A DNA stretch of 64,000 nt from Candidatus Oxydemutatoraceae bacterium (GCA_965220085.1 CBDCOZ010000002.1:1-64000); one strand, 5' to 3'; positions 9,726-22,702 are shown, counted from the first letter of the stretch. Notes: generated by a model from the sequence alone, not told the origin. A program made the numbers and translations.

Positions 9726-12700
9726 TGATGAACATGTGTGACATCGGCGCCAAGGGCGCGAAGCAAAATTTTTCGGCTGACGCAGTGCGAATGGCAGTGA
9801 CGATAGCACTCGTTACCGTCGCGGCTTTCGCAGTCAACTTTTCAGTCGTCCCCACCGCCGCCGCGCATCCGAACCACAACTGCCCCGCCGGACAAGAACG
9901 CCCGAACTGGGACGGCGCGCCATGCGTCCAAGAGTGGGGCCTGCCAACGCTGGAATGGTGCCGCGCTAGCGGCCTGACCGTCCGGCGAATGACCGCCGAC
10001 TACGACGGGGGGCATCAGTATCGCTCCAGATCCGACAAGCACCCCAACTCAGTTCAACTGCACCGCAACTTTTCCGAAAGTTACCAGCACACCTGCTATT
10101 GGAAAACGGAAAGGCACACCAGCGTCCCCTTCATCAGCTCATCGGATCAGGAACGCTGCTCCAACAGTGGCTACCGGATCTATGTGCAACAGCGGACGAA
10201 CAACAACTTCATCGGCGCAGACAACTTTGACTTCTTCTGCATGCCGTCGAAAACCAATCAGAACAGCGCCGGTTCAAACTTTGACTTTAATGGCGCCCGC
10301 CGCGGCCCGCATTGCGTCCCCGGCGAGGAGACATACCGCACTGACGCGCATGTATGCGCCAAATTGCCGGCGGTGCCAATCAACCTTTCCGTCCGCGTTG
10401 TGTCGCCAGGCAATGTGGAAATCTCCTGGGGCATCCCAAACGACGATCGGGTTTTTGCGGACTATTACATGGTGGAGCGCAAGCAAGACAAGGATCCGCG
10501 GGAGACGGTTACCACCACCTTTATCCCGAGTGCGCCAGACGCGCGCACGACGACGGTGACGATGGAGGTTCCGGCGCATCCGAGATTTCAGGACAACAGC
10601 ACTGCTCGCAACACCGGCATTCATGCCTTTCGCGTTCGTTCCGGGACGAATGACAGCAGTTTTCTCCTTAACGATGGCGGCGCAGAGTCGGACTACTCCG
10701 CTGCGGTCGAAGTGAACACGCACGACTATTTGGAGGCGTGCGTCGGGGCGGGATGGAGCGCCGACCGGGACGCCCGAACCTGCCTCATTCCGTGGCAAAG
10801 GGCCAGCGACGGCGCGACCGGGGAGTTCTGCAGGGTCAGCAGAAACGACGCGGGCGAGGGTCCGACTTGCCTGGATATTTTTAAGGTCGGACAGTTTGAC
10901 GGCGATTACTCCTTTCCGGCGAAAAGCGACTACGCGGCGAATGACCGCATCGTTTACAATTGTCCGCACGCGCGCAGCGACAACCTGTTGCAATGCACCT
11001 GCCCCGCAAACTCCGACCTCCTGCAAAAAGATAGCGGCGGATACGAATGCCGTGCGCGCGTGAATTGCGACCGCCAAAACCGCGCGCAAACCGACCCCTA
11101 CACCTGCGGCGACTGCCTTGCCGGGCACGACGATGTGGGCGGCGTTTGCCGCGAGCGCCTGAACTGCGCCGACCAGAATCGCGAGCAGACCGACCCCTAC
11201 ACATGCGGCGCGTGCGTTTCCGGACACCGCGAGTTTCGCGGCGGCGCGGTTTGCCGTCCCGACCAACGCCTCTCCGTTCAAGATGTCGACGCCCATTGTC
11301 CGGACGGCGAAGCGTTGAATGCCGCCGGCGGCGCCGTCGTCGGGCGCGTCTGCAGGGAAAGTTCGGCGGAGGACTGGTGCTATGTTTTGGACTACGAACA
11401 AGCGGGAGCGGACGGCGCCTTGTCCTCCTTTCACATCGGCGGCGACACGGCGGTCAATCTTCCGACGAACCCAATGTCGTGCGACAACGCGTATCCGCTT
11501 TGCGGCGGCGAAAACTACGGGCGGGCGAATCCCTTCGCGGGTTGCGAGTGTTTTGACGGCTTCACCCAATCCAACCCCGCCAACCCGGACAATATATGTG
11601 AAAAGGACTGCGGCGCTTTGAACCGGGATGCGGCAACGGGACTTTTGAATTGCGGCGCATGCTCCGCCGGTTATGCGGAGGATGTTGACGGGAGCGGGAT
11701 TTGCCACGCGGTTGTGGATTGCGCGACAGAGCAAAACCGCCTGCAACGAAACGCCTACCAATGCGCCGGATGCAAGACAGGCTATGTGGAAGATGACGCC
11801 GGAACTTGCCGCGAAAAAATCACCTGCCCCACCGGACGCATTCAGCTGAACGCTTATGAATGCGGCGAATGCCTGGCGGGTTTTGCGCCGGACGAGTCGG
11901 ACACTTGCCAACCGACTGTGAATTGCGCGGCGCAAAACAAGTTGGAAGTCAATCCTTACACTTGCGGCGCTTGCGAAAGCGGGTTGCCGGACGATGACGG
12001 GAATTGCCCGGACACGCCGCGGGCGGATTTGTGCGAGGCATCCAAGGGAAGCGACAGAGAAAAGGGAAAGATTATGCAATTTGCGGTTTCGCTCAACAGC
12101 GGCGAATGCATTCCGGTGCAACGTTGCACCATTCAGACCCTCCATAACAACGACCCGTGGGAGTGTTATGTTTGGAGCGACACTGGGCGGTCGGAGGTTT
12201 TTTCAACTGCAACGGTCGCCTCTGTTCATTCCGACATTTCCGCCGAGGGCGAATGCGAAGGGACAGGGGAAGGACTGACGGGAGGCCCGGACGACCGGAC
12301 ATGCCAAATCAGGTGGGGCGCGGATACGCGCAACTTTTGCGAAAGCGACATGCTACGCGACCCGAACAACATATTTTCCGAATGTGCGAACGACTATGCG
12401 CAGGGCTCGTGCGAGGAGGCCGGCGGGGAGTGGAAGCGGACCAGCCACAGCATCGACCCGCTTCGTAGCGAGCGGGCGGACACATGCATTCTCAACGGCG
12501 CCGGGTGCTATTTGAACGCGGGCAGCAACTTTGATCCGGACGCTCTCGTCCTTTACGATTTCGAACATGAGCATCATTCCGACGACCCGAACGAGATGCA
12601 AGTGGAGTATCCGGCTCCGTTGACCGGGCCGTGCGAAGACGCCTATCCGAACACCTGCCAGCTTTCCACCGCGGGCAACGCATTTCTGGGTTGCGCGCCC

Positions 12701-14425
12701 GTCTCCCGTCCGGGTGCGCCGCGGGTCTCGGTCGAGATGTCGGCTTTGGGGCGGGCGGAGTTGGAGTGGGAAGCGTCCGAAGTTGCGGCGGCTTCCTCTG
12801 CCACTGTGCGGATTAGCAGCTATTCCATTTTGCGGCGGGAGACGGGCGGCGAAGCGGTTGTGGTCGGGGCGACAACGGCGACGACTTACACCGACGCAGA
12901 CGCGCCGCAGGAGAAGAAGGTGCAATATCAAATTCGCACCGAATATGCGGAGACATCGACAGCGACGGAGAGACTCACATTGACTTCGTTTTTCTCGGAG
13001 GCGGTGCGCATTCCCGGTTGCGCGGATGCCGGCCATTCGGAGGTTGCGCGGCCAAACGAGGATCCGCTTTGTGTGCCGGATGAAGCGCATACGCAGGCGC
13101 AAGCGTGCACGGATGCGGGATGGCGCGTTCTCTATCGCAAGCCGCTGTCGCCAAACGGTCATGTGCGTTGCAACATCGGCGTGCGCGATGCGCAAAGCGG
13201 CAGCGAAAGCCACTGCGGAATTCTGGGGAACAATCCGACGATGTGCTCGGAATTGTTCGGCTCGCCGCCGGTTTTTCCGACTTACGCGGGGTCTGTGCGG
13301 CAGTATGTCGTGAACTGCGCCGAGGACCGGTTGCCGGACCCGGCTTATGAGTCGCAAAATTCGCCGCGGCAAGAGTGCGTTTGTGCAGAGGGGTATTTTG
13401 AAGATGGCGGGCAATGCAATACGTGCGGGTCGATCGGGCGCAAGGGGGTTTCGGGGCAGCCGGGGGTTTGCGCAGAGGGTGCGGACAGTTGCACGGCGAG
13501 GGCGACATTTAATACGGAGACGAATGTTTGCGACTGCACCGGAAGCGCGGGTTGTCTGGCGCCGAGTGAAGATGTTTGCGCGGGATTGACGCCTGAGAGG
13601 TTTTTTGACGGGGCGGAGTGTGTTGATGTTGCTTCCTGTACCGCGCCGGCGATGTTGAACAGGGTGACGAATGTGTGCGAATGCAATGCGCCAAACGTGG
13701 GGGGGACAGCTTCGGATTGCAGGGCGCCCAGCGAACAGGTCTGCGATGGTTTGACCCCGGCGAAGTTCTTTGACGGGACAGCCTGCGTTGATTTTACTTC
13801 CTGCGCCGCACCGATGATATTGGACGAAACAACGAATGTTTGTAAGACGCCGAGTACGGATACTTGCGCGGGGTTGACACCTGCGAAGTTCTTTGACGAG
13901 GAAGAGACGGAGTGCGTTGATTTTGTTTCCTGTACCGCGCCGATGATATTTGACGAAACAACGAATGTTTGTAAGACGCCGAGTACGGATACTTGCGCGG
14001 GGTTGACACCTGCGAAGTTCTTTGACGAGGAAGAGACGGAGTGCGTTGATTTTGTTTCCTGTACCGCGCCGATGATATTTGACGAAACAACGAATGTTTG
14101 TAAGACGCCGAGTACGGATACTTGCGCGGGGTTGACACCTGCGAAGTTCTTTGATGTCGGCGAGGCGGAGTGCGTGGATCTTGTTTCCTGCACCCCGCCG
14201 ATGGTACCGGACATGGCAACGAATACGTGCGCGGCGCCGAGCGAGCAAGTTTGCGCGGCGCAGACGCCGCCGAAGTTCTTTGACGAGTCAACGACGACCT
14301 GCATCGATTTTGTTTCGTGCGACGACGCGTCAATGACGTTAGACCGAGCGACGAATGCCTGCGTTGAGGGGCCCGACAACATCAACCTGCGTCTGCGCAT
14401 CTTTCTGGAAGGCCCGTTGCGATAG
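9726..14425 (+). CDS. Large Cys-rich secreted protein with two FN3-like domains, several Cys-repeat types and C-terminal tag
   Basis: Signal-like MAVTIALVTVAAFAVNFSVVPTAAA-H. FN3-like segments PINLSVRVVSPGNVEISW..YYMVER and PRVSVEM..LEWE..YSILRR..TYTD. CxxQNRxQ..Y.CGxC repeats. 126-bp near-exact repeats at ~13790-14160. Ends NINLRLRIFLEGPLR*. Start uncertain (9671/9726/9791). Confidence 0.8.
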
Positions 14426-14709
14426 CGGCCTCCCAAGCCCCGCCGCTCTCCCTTCGCCAGAATGCTTTGCGCTTCAAACTCAGGTTAAAGCGCCTTTGAA
14501 ACATCACTCTCCCCCAGTGGGAGGCACATCAAAAGGGCGGGCCGGTGCGGCACCTGCGATGAAGCATGACCAGCGGGGACGGTTATGCCACTGGCGTAGG
14601 TGACGGGCGGCGCATCACCCGCGATGAGGCATGACCCGGAAGCGGGAGCAAAGCACCAAAGGCAGATCCGGCGTAGCCGCCGGTTTATCCCAAGCGGCGG
14701 GTTGCGGGC

Positions 14710-16155
14710 TCAGGGGGCGCGAGGGCCGTGCAGCACCATCATCTTTTCTATTTGCATGTCGTTTATGCTGTGCTCCATGCCGCCTATGCCGAGACCGGAG
14801 CGGCGCAACCCGGCGAATGGCATCTGATCCTGGCGGAAGGCGGTGTGGTCGTTGATCATCACGGCGGAGGCATCCAGTTGGTGATAGATGGCGATGGCGC
14901 GGTCTATGTCTTGGGCGAAGACCGCGGCTTGAAAGGCAAACTCCGGGCTGTTGGCCTGGGCTATGGCATCGTCCAGCCGCTCGTAGCCATACAGGCAGAG
15001 CACCGGGCCAAACACTTCGCGGCGGCTGACATCGGCATCCGGCGGCGGGTCCGCCAGCAGGGTCGGAGCGTAGCAGTTGTTATCCAACTTGCGGCCGCCG
15101 CAGGCCAGATGCGCGCCGCCATCCGCCGCCCGCATCACCCATTGATGCACGCGCTCCTGCTCTTTGGGGCTGATCAGCGGCCCCACTTCGGTCGCCGCAT
15201 CCAGCGGGTCACCCACGCGCAGGGCATTGGCGCCGGCGGCCAGACGCTCGGCCAACTCGTCGCACAGGGTGCGCGGCGCAAAGACCCGTTGCACCGACAC
15301 GCAGACCTGCCCGGCATGGTAGTAGCCGCCCTTCAGCAGGGCCGGAATCAGGCGTTCCACATCGGCGGATTCGTCCGCTATCACCGGGGCTATGCCGCCG
15401 TGCTCCAGAGCACAGCGCACACCCGGCGCCAGGCGCGAGCGCAACATCCAGCCCACAGCGGCGCTGCCGATAAAACTGAGAAATCCCAGACGCGCATCGG
15501 CGGCCATCTTGCCAATCAGTTCCAGACTCTCCGGCAGCAACGCTTGGCACCAGGCCGGCGGCAACCCGGCTTGGCGCAAAATGCCCGCGAACTCAAAGCA
15601 GGATAGCGGCGTGCCGGGCGCCGGTTTGACGATGACCGGGCAACCGGCGGCAACGGCGGCGCCCGCTTGATGCACGATGAGGTTGAGCGGATGGTTGAAC
15701 GCGCTTATCGCCAGCACCGGGCCTATGGGTTCCCTCTGGGTAAAGGCCATGCGGCTGAGATCGGAGTTGGGTTCGCGCATGGGGATGACCTGTCCGGCAT
15801 GCTGGCTGATGGCCTCGGCGCACAACTCCACGCCTTCTATGGCGCGGCCCGCCTCCACGGCGGAATCGCCCCAGGGCTTGCCGCCCTCGCTGGCGGCGGT
15901 GCGTATCAGTTCATCGCGCCGGTCGCGCATGATGGCGGCGGCGTTGCGCAGAATCTCGCAACGGCGGGACACTGGCAGCCATTGCCGCCGGTCACGGAAC
16001 AACGCATAGGCGGTGGTCAGGGCTTGCTCTGCGGCGGCCTCATCGGCCAGAGCGACAGTGCCCAGCAGGCGGTCGTCAAACGGCGAGCGCACCTCGCGCT
16101 TTTTGCCGGACGGCGCGGGCGCTGGCTCTATAAGCGATTCATAATGTACTGTCAT
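14710..16155 (-). CDS. Aldehyde dehydrogenase family protein
   Basis: FNHP, KPA, FIGS, LEHGG, AGQVCVS and EVFGP motifs. Confidence 0.92.
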   Translation of the reverse strand: MTVHYESLIEPAPAPSGKKREVRSPFDDRLLGTVALADEAAAEQALTTAYALFRDRRQWLPVSRRCEILRNAAAIMRDRRDELIRTAASEGGKPWGDSAVEAGRAIEGVELCAEAISQHAGQVIPMREPNSDLSRMAFTQREPIGPVLAISAFNHPLNLIVHQAGAAVAAGCPVIVKPAPGTPLSCFEFAGILRQAGLPPAWCQALLPESLELIGKMAADARLGFLSFIGSAAVGWMLRSRLAPGVRCALEHGGIAPVIADESADVERLIPALLKGGYYHAGQVCVSVQRVFAPRTLCDELAERLAAGANALRVGDPLDAATEVGPLISPKEQERVHQWVMRAADGGAHLACGGRKLDNNCYAPTLLADPPPDADVSRREVFGPVLCLYGYERLDDAIAQANSPEFAFQAAVFAQDIDRAIAIYHQLDASAVMINDHTAFRQDQMPFAGLRRSGLGIGGMEHSINDMQIEKMMVLHGPRAP

Positions 16156-16189
16156 GACTTGCGACCTTCAAACAATCTAGCATACAAAG

Positions 16190-17512
16190 CGTAAGCACTC
16201 AGATGGCGCATGTCAACTCGCCCAGCCGCCGGCTCAGCTTCATGTTCTCGCGATAGTCTGTCGGCACCACCGCCAGACTCGGCCCGGCGGTGGCAAACGC
16301 CTGTCGCAGGCCGTCCGCCAACTCGCCGCTGTTTGTTATGCGCAACCCCTGCCAGCCAAAGGCCGCCGCCAGCTGCATCCAATCCGGATTGCCAAAACTC
16401 AGCGGCGCAGCGTAAGCGCTCAGATGGCGCATGTCAACTCGCCCAGCCGTCGGCTCAGCTTCATGTTCTCGCGATAGTCTGTCGGCACCACCGCCAGACT
16501 CGGCCCGGCGGTGGCAAACGCCTGTCGCAGGCCGTCCGCCAACTCGCCGCTGTTTGTTATGCGCAACCCCTGCCAGCCAAAGGCCGCGGCCAGTTGCATC
16601 CAGTCCGGATTGCCAAAACTCAGCGGCGCAGCGTAAGCGCTCAGATGGCGCATGTCAATTCGCCCAGCCGTCGGCTCAGCTTCATGTTCTCGCGATAGTC
16701 TGTCGGCACCACCATCAGGCTCGGCCCGGCGGTGGCAAACGCCTGTCGCAGGCCGTCGGCCAACTCGCCGCTGTTTGTTATGCGCAACCCCTGCCAGCCA
16801 AAGGCCGCGGCCAGTTGCATCCAGTCCGGATTGCCAAAACTCAGCGGCGCAGCGTAAGCGCTCAGATGGCGCATGTCAATTCGCCCAGCCGTCGGCTCAG
16901 CTTCATGTTCTCGCGATAGTCTATCGGCACCACCATCAGGCTCGGCCCGGCGGTGGCAAACGCCTGTCGCAGGCCATCGGCCAACTCGCCGCTGTTTGTT
17001 ATGCGCAACCCCTGCCAGCCAAAGGCCGCCGCCAGTTGCATCCAGTCCGGATTGCCAAAACTCAGCGGCGCAGCGTAAGCGCTCAGATGGCGCATGTCAA
17101 TTCGCCCAGCCGTCGGCTCAGCTTCATGTTCTCGCGATAGTCTGTCGGCACCACCATCAGGCTCGGCCCGGCGGTGGCAAACGCCTGTCGCAGGCCGTCG
17201 GCCAACTCGCCGCTGTTTGTTATGCGCAACCCCTGCCAGCCAAAGGCCGCGGCCAGTTGCATCCAGTCCGGATTGCCAAAACTCAGCGGCGCAGCGTAAG
17301 CGCTCAGATGGCGCATGTCAATTCGCCCAGCCGTCGGCTCAGCTTCATGTTCTCGCGATAGTCTATCGGCACCACCATCAGGCTCGGCCCGGCGGTGGCA
17401 AACGCCTGTCGCAGGCCGTCGGCCAACTCGCCGCTGTTTGTTATGCGCAACCCCTGCCAGCCAAAGGCCGCGGCCAGTTGCATCCAGTCCGGATTGCCAA
17501 AACTCAGCGGCG
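16190..17512 (-). repeat. 221-bp tandem repeat x6 consisting of the ALS 3' end
   Basis: The stop-codon context recurs at 16199, 16420, 16641, 16862, 17083 and 17304. Units differ by a few SNPs. Confidence 0.95.
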
Positions 17513-18953
17513 TGTGGCGGCCAAACTGTTGCTGTTGCTTCCAGGCTATCAGGCCGTAGGCGTGATCCTCCCAGACCATGCAGACGATGTCGCTGCCCAG
17601 CCGTTTGGCGGTCTCCATCTCCTGCGCATTCATCAGGAATCCGGCATCGCCGGCAATGGCCAACACCTTGCGCTCTGGGCGCACCAGGCTGGCGGCGATG
17701 GCCCCGGGCAGGGCAAAGCCCATGGAGCAAAAGCCGTTGGGAATCAGGCAGGTGTTGGGCTCGTGGCACTGGTAGTGACGCGCCACCCACATTTTGTGCG
17801 CGCCCACATCGGACAGCAATATGTCCTGCGGCCCCATCACCCGGCGCACATCCCACAGCACTTTCTGGGGCCTTATGCTGCCCTCGTCGGTGTCGTCTTT
17901 GTGCGCCGCCAGTTCCTCGCCCATCTGGCGGCGGGTGGCGGCCTGCTGTCTGGTGTCGGGGCAAAGCGGCTGTTTGGCCACGCGCTCATTGAGCATCCAC
18001 AGGCTGTGCGCCAGGTCGCCCACCACCTCCAGCTGCGGATGATAGTGCTCGTCCACCTCGGCCGGCAGAAAATCCAGATGCACTATCGCCTTGTCGCGAT
18101 TCGGGTTCCAGGTGCGCGGATGGTATTCCACCATGTCAAAGCCGATGGAGATGATCAGGTCGGCGGCATCCACCGCGCAGGTGACATAGTCCTTGCTGCC
18201 AAGCCCGATGGTGTACAGGCAGTAATCGGCATCCATGTCCACCGCGCCCTTGGCCATGAAGGTGTTCACCACGCCTATGCCGGTGGCCTCGCAAAACAGG
18301 CGCAGTTGCTTGCTGGCGCGCCGCCGGATGCAGCCGTTTCCGGCCAGTATCAGCGGCCTCTTGGCCTTGCGGATGCGCTCAAAGGCCTGGTTCATGATCT
18401 TGTCATCGGCCACCGGACGGCGGAAGTGCTGCACCGGCAGCGGCGCTTTGTCGCTCGGCTTCTTGGCGATGTCCTCGGCCAACTCAATGTGCACCGCCCC
18501 CGGTTTCTCAGTGCGCGCCAGACGCACGGCCTTGCGCACCACCTCCGGTATGCTGTCCGGATGGTATATGGATGTCGCCCACTTGGTGACCGGACGGAAC
18601 ATGGACACCACATCCATCACCTGATGCGATTCCTTGTGCAGGCGCGTGGATGCCCCCTGACCGGTCAGCACCAGTATGGGCGCGCGATCCATATTGGCAT
18701 CGCCGACACCGGTCAGCAGGTTGGTAGCGCCCGGCCCCAGAGTGCCCAGACAGCCGGCCGGCTCGCCGGTCAGGCGACCGTATATCTCGGCCATAAAGGC
18801 CGCGCCCTGCTCGTGGCGGGTCAGGATAAACTCTATCTTGTCGGACGCATCCAGCGACATCATAAAGTCGGCGTTCTCCTCCCCCGGCACACCGAATATG
18901 TAGCGGATGTTTTCCTCTTCCAGACACTTGACAAACAGATCTGATGCTTTCAC
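17304..18953 (-). CDS. Acetolactate synthase large-subunit family (ThDP-dependent)
   Basis: FGVPGEEN, TRHEQGAAFMA, TLGPGATN, SMGFALP and GDAGF motifs. Confidence 0.92.
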   Translation of the reverse strand: MKASDLFVKCLEEENIRYIFGVPGEENADFMMSLDASDKIEFILTRHEQGAAFMAEIYGRLTGEPAGCLGTLGPGATNLLTGVGDANMDRAPILVLTGQGASTRLHKESHQVMDVVSMFRPVTKWATSIYHPDSIPEVVRKAVRLARTEKPGAVHIELAEDIAKKPSDKAPLPVQHFRRPVADDKIMNQAFERIRKAKRPLILAGNGCIRRRASKQLRLFCEATGIGVVNTFMAKGAVDMDADYCLYTIGLGSKDYVTCAVDAADLIISIGFDMVEYHPRTWNPNRDKAIVHLDFLPAEVDEHYHPQLEVVGDLAHSLWMLNERVAKQPLCPDTRQQAATRRQMGEELAAHKDDTDEGSIRPQKVLWDVRRVMGPQDILLSDVGAHKMWVARHYQCHEPNTCLIPNGFCSMGFALPGAIAASLVRPERKVLAIAGDAGFLMNAQEMETAKRLGSDIVCMVWEDHAYGLIAWKQQQQFGRHTPLSFGNPDWMQLAAAFGWQGLRITNSGELADGLRQAFATAGPSLMVVPIDYRENMKLSRRLGELTCAI

Positions 18954-19269
18954 GGGCGTATCCTCCTGCGCGATGGACTGCCATCATAACCGCAAACCCT
19001 CCGCTTGACAATGCCCCGGATGGTGTCCGGACATAGCGGACACGTGGGGCGATAGAAACCTTGGCCACCGCAGCCGATGGGTTGCTATTGCAGCGTGTTG
19101 TGTTGAAGCCGGGAATCCGGAATGCTTCCGGCATTATGCATGACAACTCGTGGTGATGTCAGGAGTCCGGAATGTTTCCGGCATCGTGCATCACACCGCG
19201 AGCGCTCCTCGCGCGCCATCCCCTCAGTGCGTGCTCGGGCGCTTTTGTGAAGACTCCCTGCGCGCCGCC

Positions 19270-19502
19270 GCCATTCCAATGTCTGGTATACTGTGTCCTC
19301 GGGGTGAGCACTCCGGGCTCACCCCGTCCGTCATCGTTCCAGTGTCTGGTATGCTAGTGTCCTCGGGGCGGGCAAATGTTGCTCCTTGTGGCTCGCCCCG
19401 TCTGTCATCGTTCCAATGTCTGGTATACTAGTGTCCTCGGGGCGGGTAAACGTTACTCCTTGTGGCTCGCCCCGTCTGCCACCATTGCGGTGTTTGATAT
19501 GC
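19270..19502 (+). promoter_or_regulatory. Tandem extended -10 plus hairpin array (3 units and a terminal unit)
   Basis: ttccaatgtctggtatact..gtcctc followed by GGGG..CCCC stems. Confidence 0.55.
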
Positions 19503-19526
19503 CAGAGTTATTATGATCGAAGTCTT

Positions 19527-21940
19527 ATGCAAAACCTGATTAAAAAATTGCCTGCAAGTTGCCTGCAAACAGAACCGATGCGCATGAAGTCTCTGCCTGC
19601 AGAACGAGCGCTTCCATCGGCGAAGCAAGCGCTTCCATATGCCCCCCCCCCCCCCCCTTAATTTTTGCTAGAGTTTGTGCCTCATTAAAACATTGTTTGC
19701 GTGCATTGTGCGCGGCGATGCTCGCTTGCGCTGGTGTCTTTGCCGCGAACACCGCACACGCACAAAGCGAACAATCCAACTGCACATTCAGCGAGGTCGC
19801 CTCTTCCGTCCACTCCTCCGCGCGCGAGCAGGTCTCCCGAATGTTCGACGCCTGCGCGGAAAAGGGATGGGCCATCTTCAAATCCCCCGCCTTTGACATC
19901 GTGCAAGAGTGCTACTGCAATGTCAAGGCGCGGGACGCGTCCCAGCCGGAGCATAATGACTGCCGGAGTTATATTCCCTCCTCCCGGCTGATTTCCAACG
20001 CGGGCAAGCGGCAACTGCACCATTACTTCGGCGCGACCCTGCAGTATCTTCCGGAGCGGACGGAGGAAAACAAGGACGCCTGCTTTGTGGCGCATTGTCC
20101 GGATGGGAAGGAGCCGTCGGGGTTTAATATGAACGGCGAAACCGAATGCGCAACGCCCTCAACGGCGGTGACGGTTCGCGCCATAGCGATGCCGGCAGAG
20201 GGCGGGAGCGCTGCCATTATGGGCGCGACCACCGCCTCGGTGATTCTCAACACCACCGCAACCATCGTCGCCACTCCGGCGGAGGGATGGTATGTCGATC
20301 GGTGGGAAGGCGACGGCGGCGCTTGCGACGGTCAAACCGGCAGGCTCGAAGGTTTCAGGGGCGTGGACACAGACGAGAAATCTTGTTCGCTGCCCGCCGG
20401 CGCCGGACTGACTGTGACGGCGCATTTTGCGTTGGCGCGGGTGACGGTTCGCGCCATAGCGATGCCGGCGGAAGGCGGGAGCGCTGCCATTATGGGCGCG
20501 ACCACCGCCTCGGTGATTCTCAACACCACCGCAACCATCGTCGCCACTCCGGCGGAGGGGTGGTATGTTGACCGATGGGAGGGGGACGGCGGGGCCTGCG
20601 CCGGACAAGTTGGCGGGTTTGGAAGTTCCGGAGCGGCGGACACGGATGAAAAATCCTGCTCGCTGGCCGCGAGCGCCGGACTGACTGTGACGGCGCATTT
20701 CGCATCGGCGCTTTGTGTCTACGACGAGCTTCCGGCGGGACTGCAAACCGTTGCTGTCGACCAACAGATTGACGCGTGCAACGCGAAAGGATGGGGGGCG
20801 CGCAAACACATTGTCGGCGGAAGCACATTGTGCCACTGCAACATCAAGGCGTGGGACGGGAGGCGCGGCGACCCGGCCCGGCAATCGTGTTTGGACGGCT
20901 CCCTCCCGCCGCATCGAACCTCCGAGTTTTCCGCGCGTGGAGACACAGATGCCAACACGGCCGCGACATATTACTTCGGCGCGACCCTGCAACATCTTCC
21001 GGAGCGGACGGAGGGAAACAAGGACGATTGTTTTGTGGCGCGATGTCCGGGGGCGACGGAACCGTCCGGATTCAACACCGGAGGCGAAACCGAATGCCGA
21101 GCGCCAAGCGGGGCGGTTTGCGGGGGTTTGACTCCGGCGAAACATTTTGACGGCGTTGTCTGCGTGGAAAGTTGCGCAACGGGGGCGACATTGAATGCGG
21201 CGACGAATGTTTGCGAATGCGACACGGGAAATTCGGACGATTGTTTAACGCCGAGCGAGGAGGTTTGCGCGGCGCTGACTCCGCCGAAGTTTTTTGACGG
21301 GTCGGATTGCGTTGATTTTGCGACTTGCGCGGGGCTGTTGACTTTGAATCGGCAACGTAACGGGTGCGAGTGCCGCACGCCGAATAGGGGAACGCCTTCA
21401 AACTGTCTTGCGCCGAATCCGGTTGTTTGCGCCGCGCCGGCGGTTCGGCATCCGACGGCGAATGTTTGCCAATGCAATGCGCCGAATGTGGGGACAGGTG
21501 CGGATTGCAAAGCGCCCAGCGAGACGGTTTGCGGGGATTTGATGCCGGCGCAATTCTTTGACGAGACGATGTGCATTGATTTTGTTTCGTGTGATGCGCC
21601 GATGGTGTTGGACACAGCGATGAATATGTGCGCGGCACCGAGCGAGGAAGTGTGCGCGGATTTGATGCCGGCGAAATTCTTTGACGAGACGATGTGCGTT
21701 GATTTTGTTTCCTGCGATGCGCCGATGGTATTGAATACGGCGACGAATATGTGCGCGACACCGAGCAAGGAAGGGTGCGCGAGTTTGACGCCGGCGAAAT
21801 TCTTTGACGAGACGATGTGCGTTGATTTTGTTTCCTGCGATGCGCCGATGGTGTTGGACACAGCGATGAATACGTGCGTTGAGGCGTCCGACAACATCAA
21901 CTTGCGTCTGCGCATCTTTCTTGAAGGCCCGTTGCGATAA
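19527..21940 (+). CDS. Cys-rich modular secreted protein, poly-C leader (likely phase-variable; main ORF in track 19559..21940)
   Basis: Leader MQNLIKKLPAS...PYAPPPPP from ATG 19527 joins the main frame if C16 (19642-19657) is C17 or C14. Signal MLACAGVFAANTAHA-Q. Two CxxxGW domains and two InlB-B-like domains. Ends in the tag. Confidence 0.78.
19642..19657 (+). repeat. Poly-C homopolymer (C16)
   Basis: Counted directly. Confidence 0.85.
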
Positions 21941-21989
21941 CCCGCATCACTCCGCCCAAGCCAACTGTGATCACGCCTTCTTGTGCGGG

Positions 21990-22212
21990 CATTGCAATCG
22001 CTTTGCCACCGATTGCGCACATTTTCACTGAGCGCTCCCCTTTGCAAGCGGCGGCGCTTCGGCAATGTCGGCGGCAACGGTTACTCCTTGCGCAGGCTTT
22101 GCGATTGCTTTGCCGCCGATTGCGCACATTTTCACTGAGCGCACCCCCTTTGCAGGCGGCGACGCTTCGGGCAGTGTTGTCGGCAACGATTACTCCTTGC
22201 GCAGGCTTTGCA
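21990..22212. repeat. ~108-bp imperfect tandem duplication
   Basis: gctttgcc(a/g)ccgattgcgcacattttcactgagcgc occurs twice. Confidence 0.8.
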
Positions 22213-22695
22213 CATTTATAATGTGTCATGTCTTCTAAAAGCGATTATGCCTCTTTTGCCCAACTATGATTACGCCTCCCTGCGGGCTTTGCGCATTGCT
22301 CGCCGTAAACACTCTTGCCTCGCAGGAGTCGGCAAGCCACGGGGGGCAACCGGCAGGCAGCTTGGCAACACTTATGAATGTGTCATGTCTTCTAAAAGTA
22401 ATCACCCCTCCTTTGCGGGGGCTTTGCGCATTGCCCGCCGTAAACACTCTTGCCTCGCAGGAGTCGGCAAGCCACGGGGGGCGACCGGCAGGCAGCTTGG
22501 CAACACTTATGAATGTGTCATGTCTTCTAAAAGTAATCACCCCTCCTTTGCGGGGGCTTTGCGCATTGCCCGCCGTAAACACTCTTGCCTCGCAGGAGTC
22601 GGCAAGCCACGGGGGGCGACCGGCAGGCAGCTTGGCAACACTTATGAATGTGTCATGTCTTCTAAAAGCGATTACGCTTCCTTTGCGGGGGCTTG
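22213..22695. repeat. 135-155-bp tandem repeat array (about 4 units)
   Basis: AATGTGTCATGTCTTCTAAAAG at ~22220, 22377, 22512 and 22647. Confidence 0.9.
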
Positions 22696-22702
22696 TTGTG
22701 CG

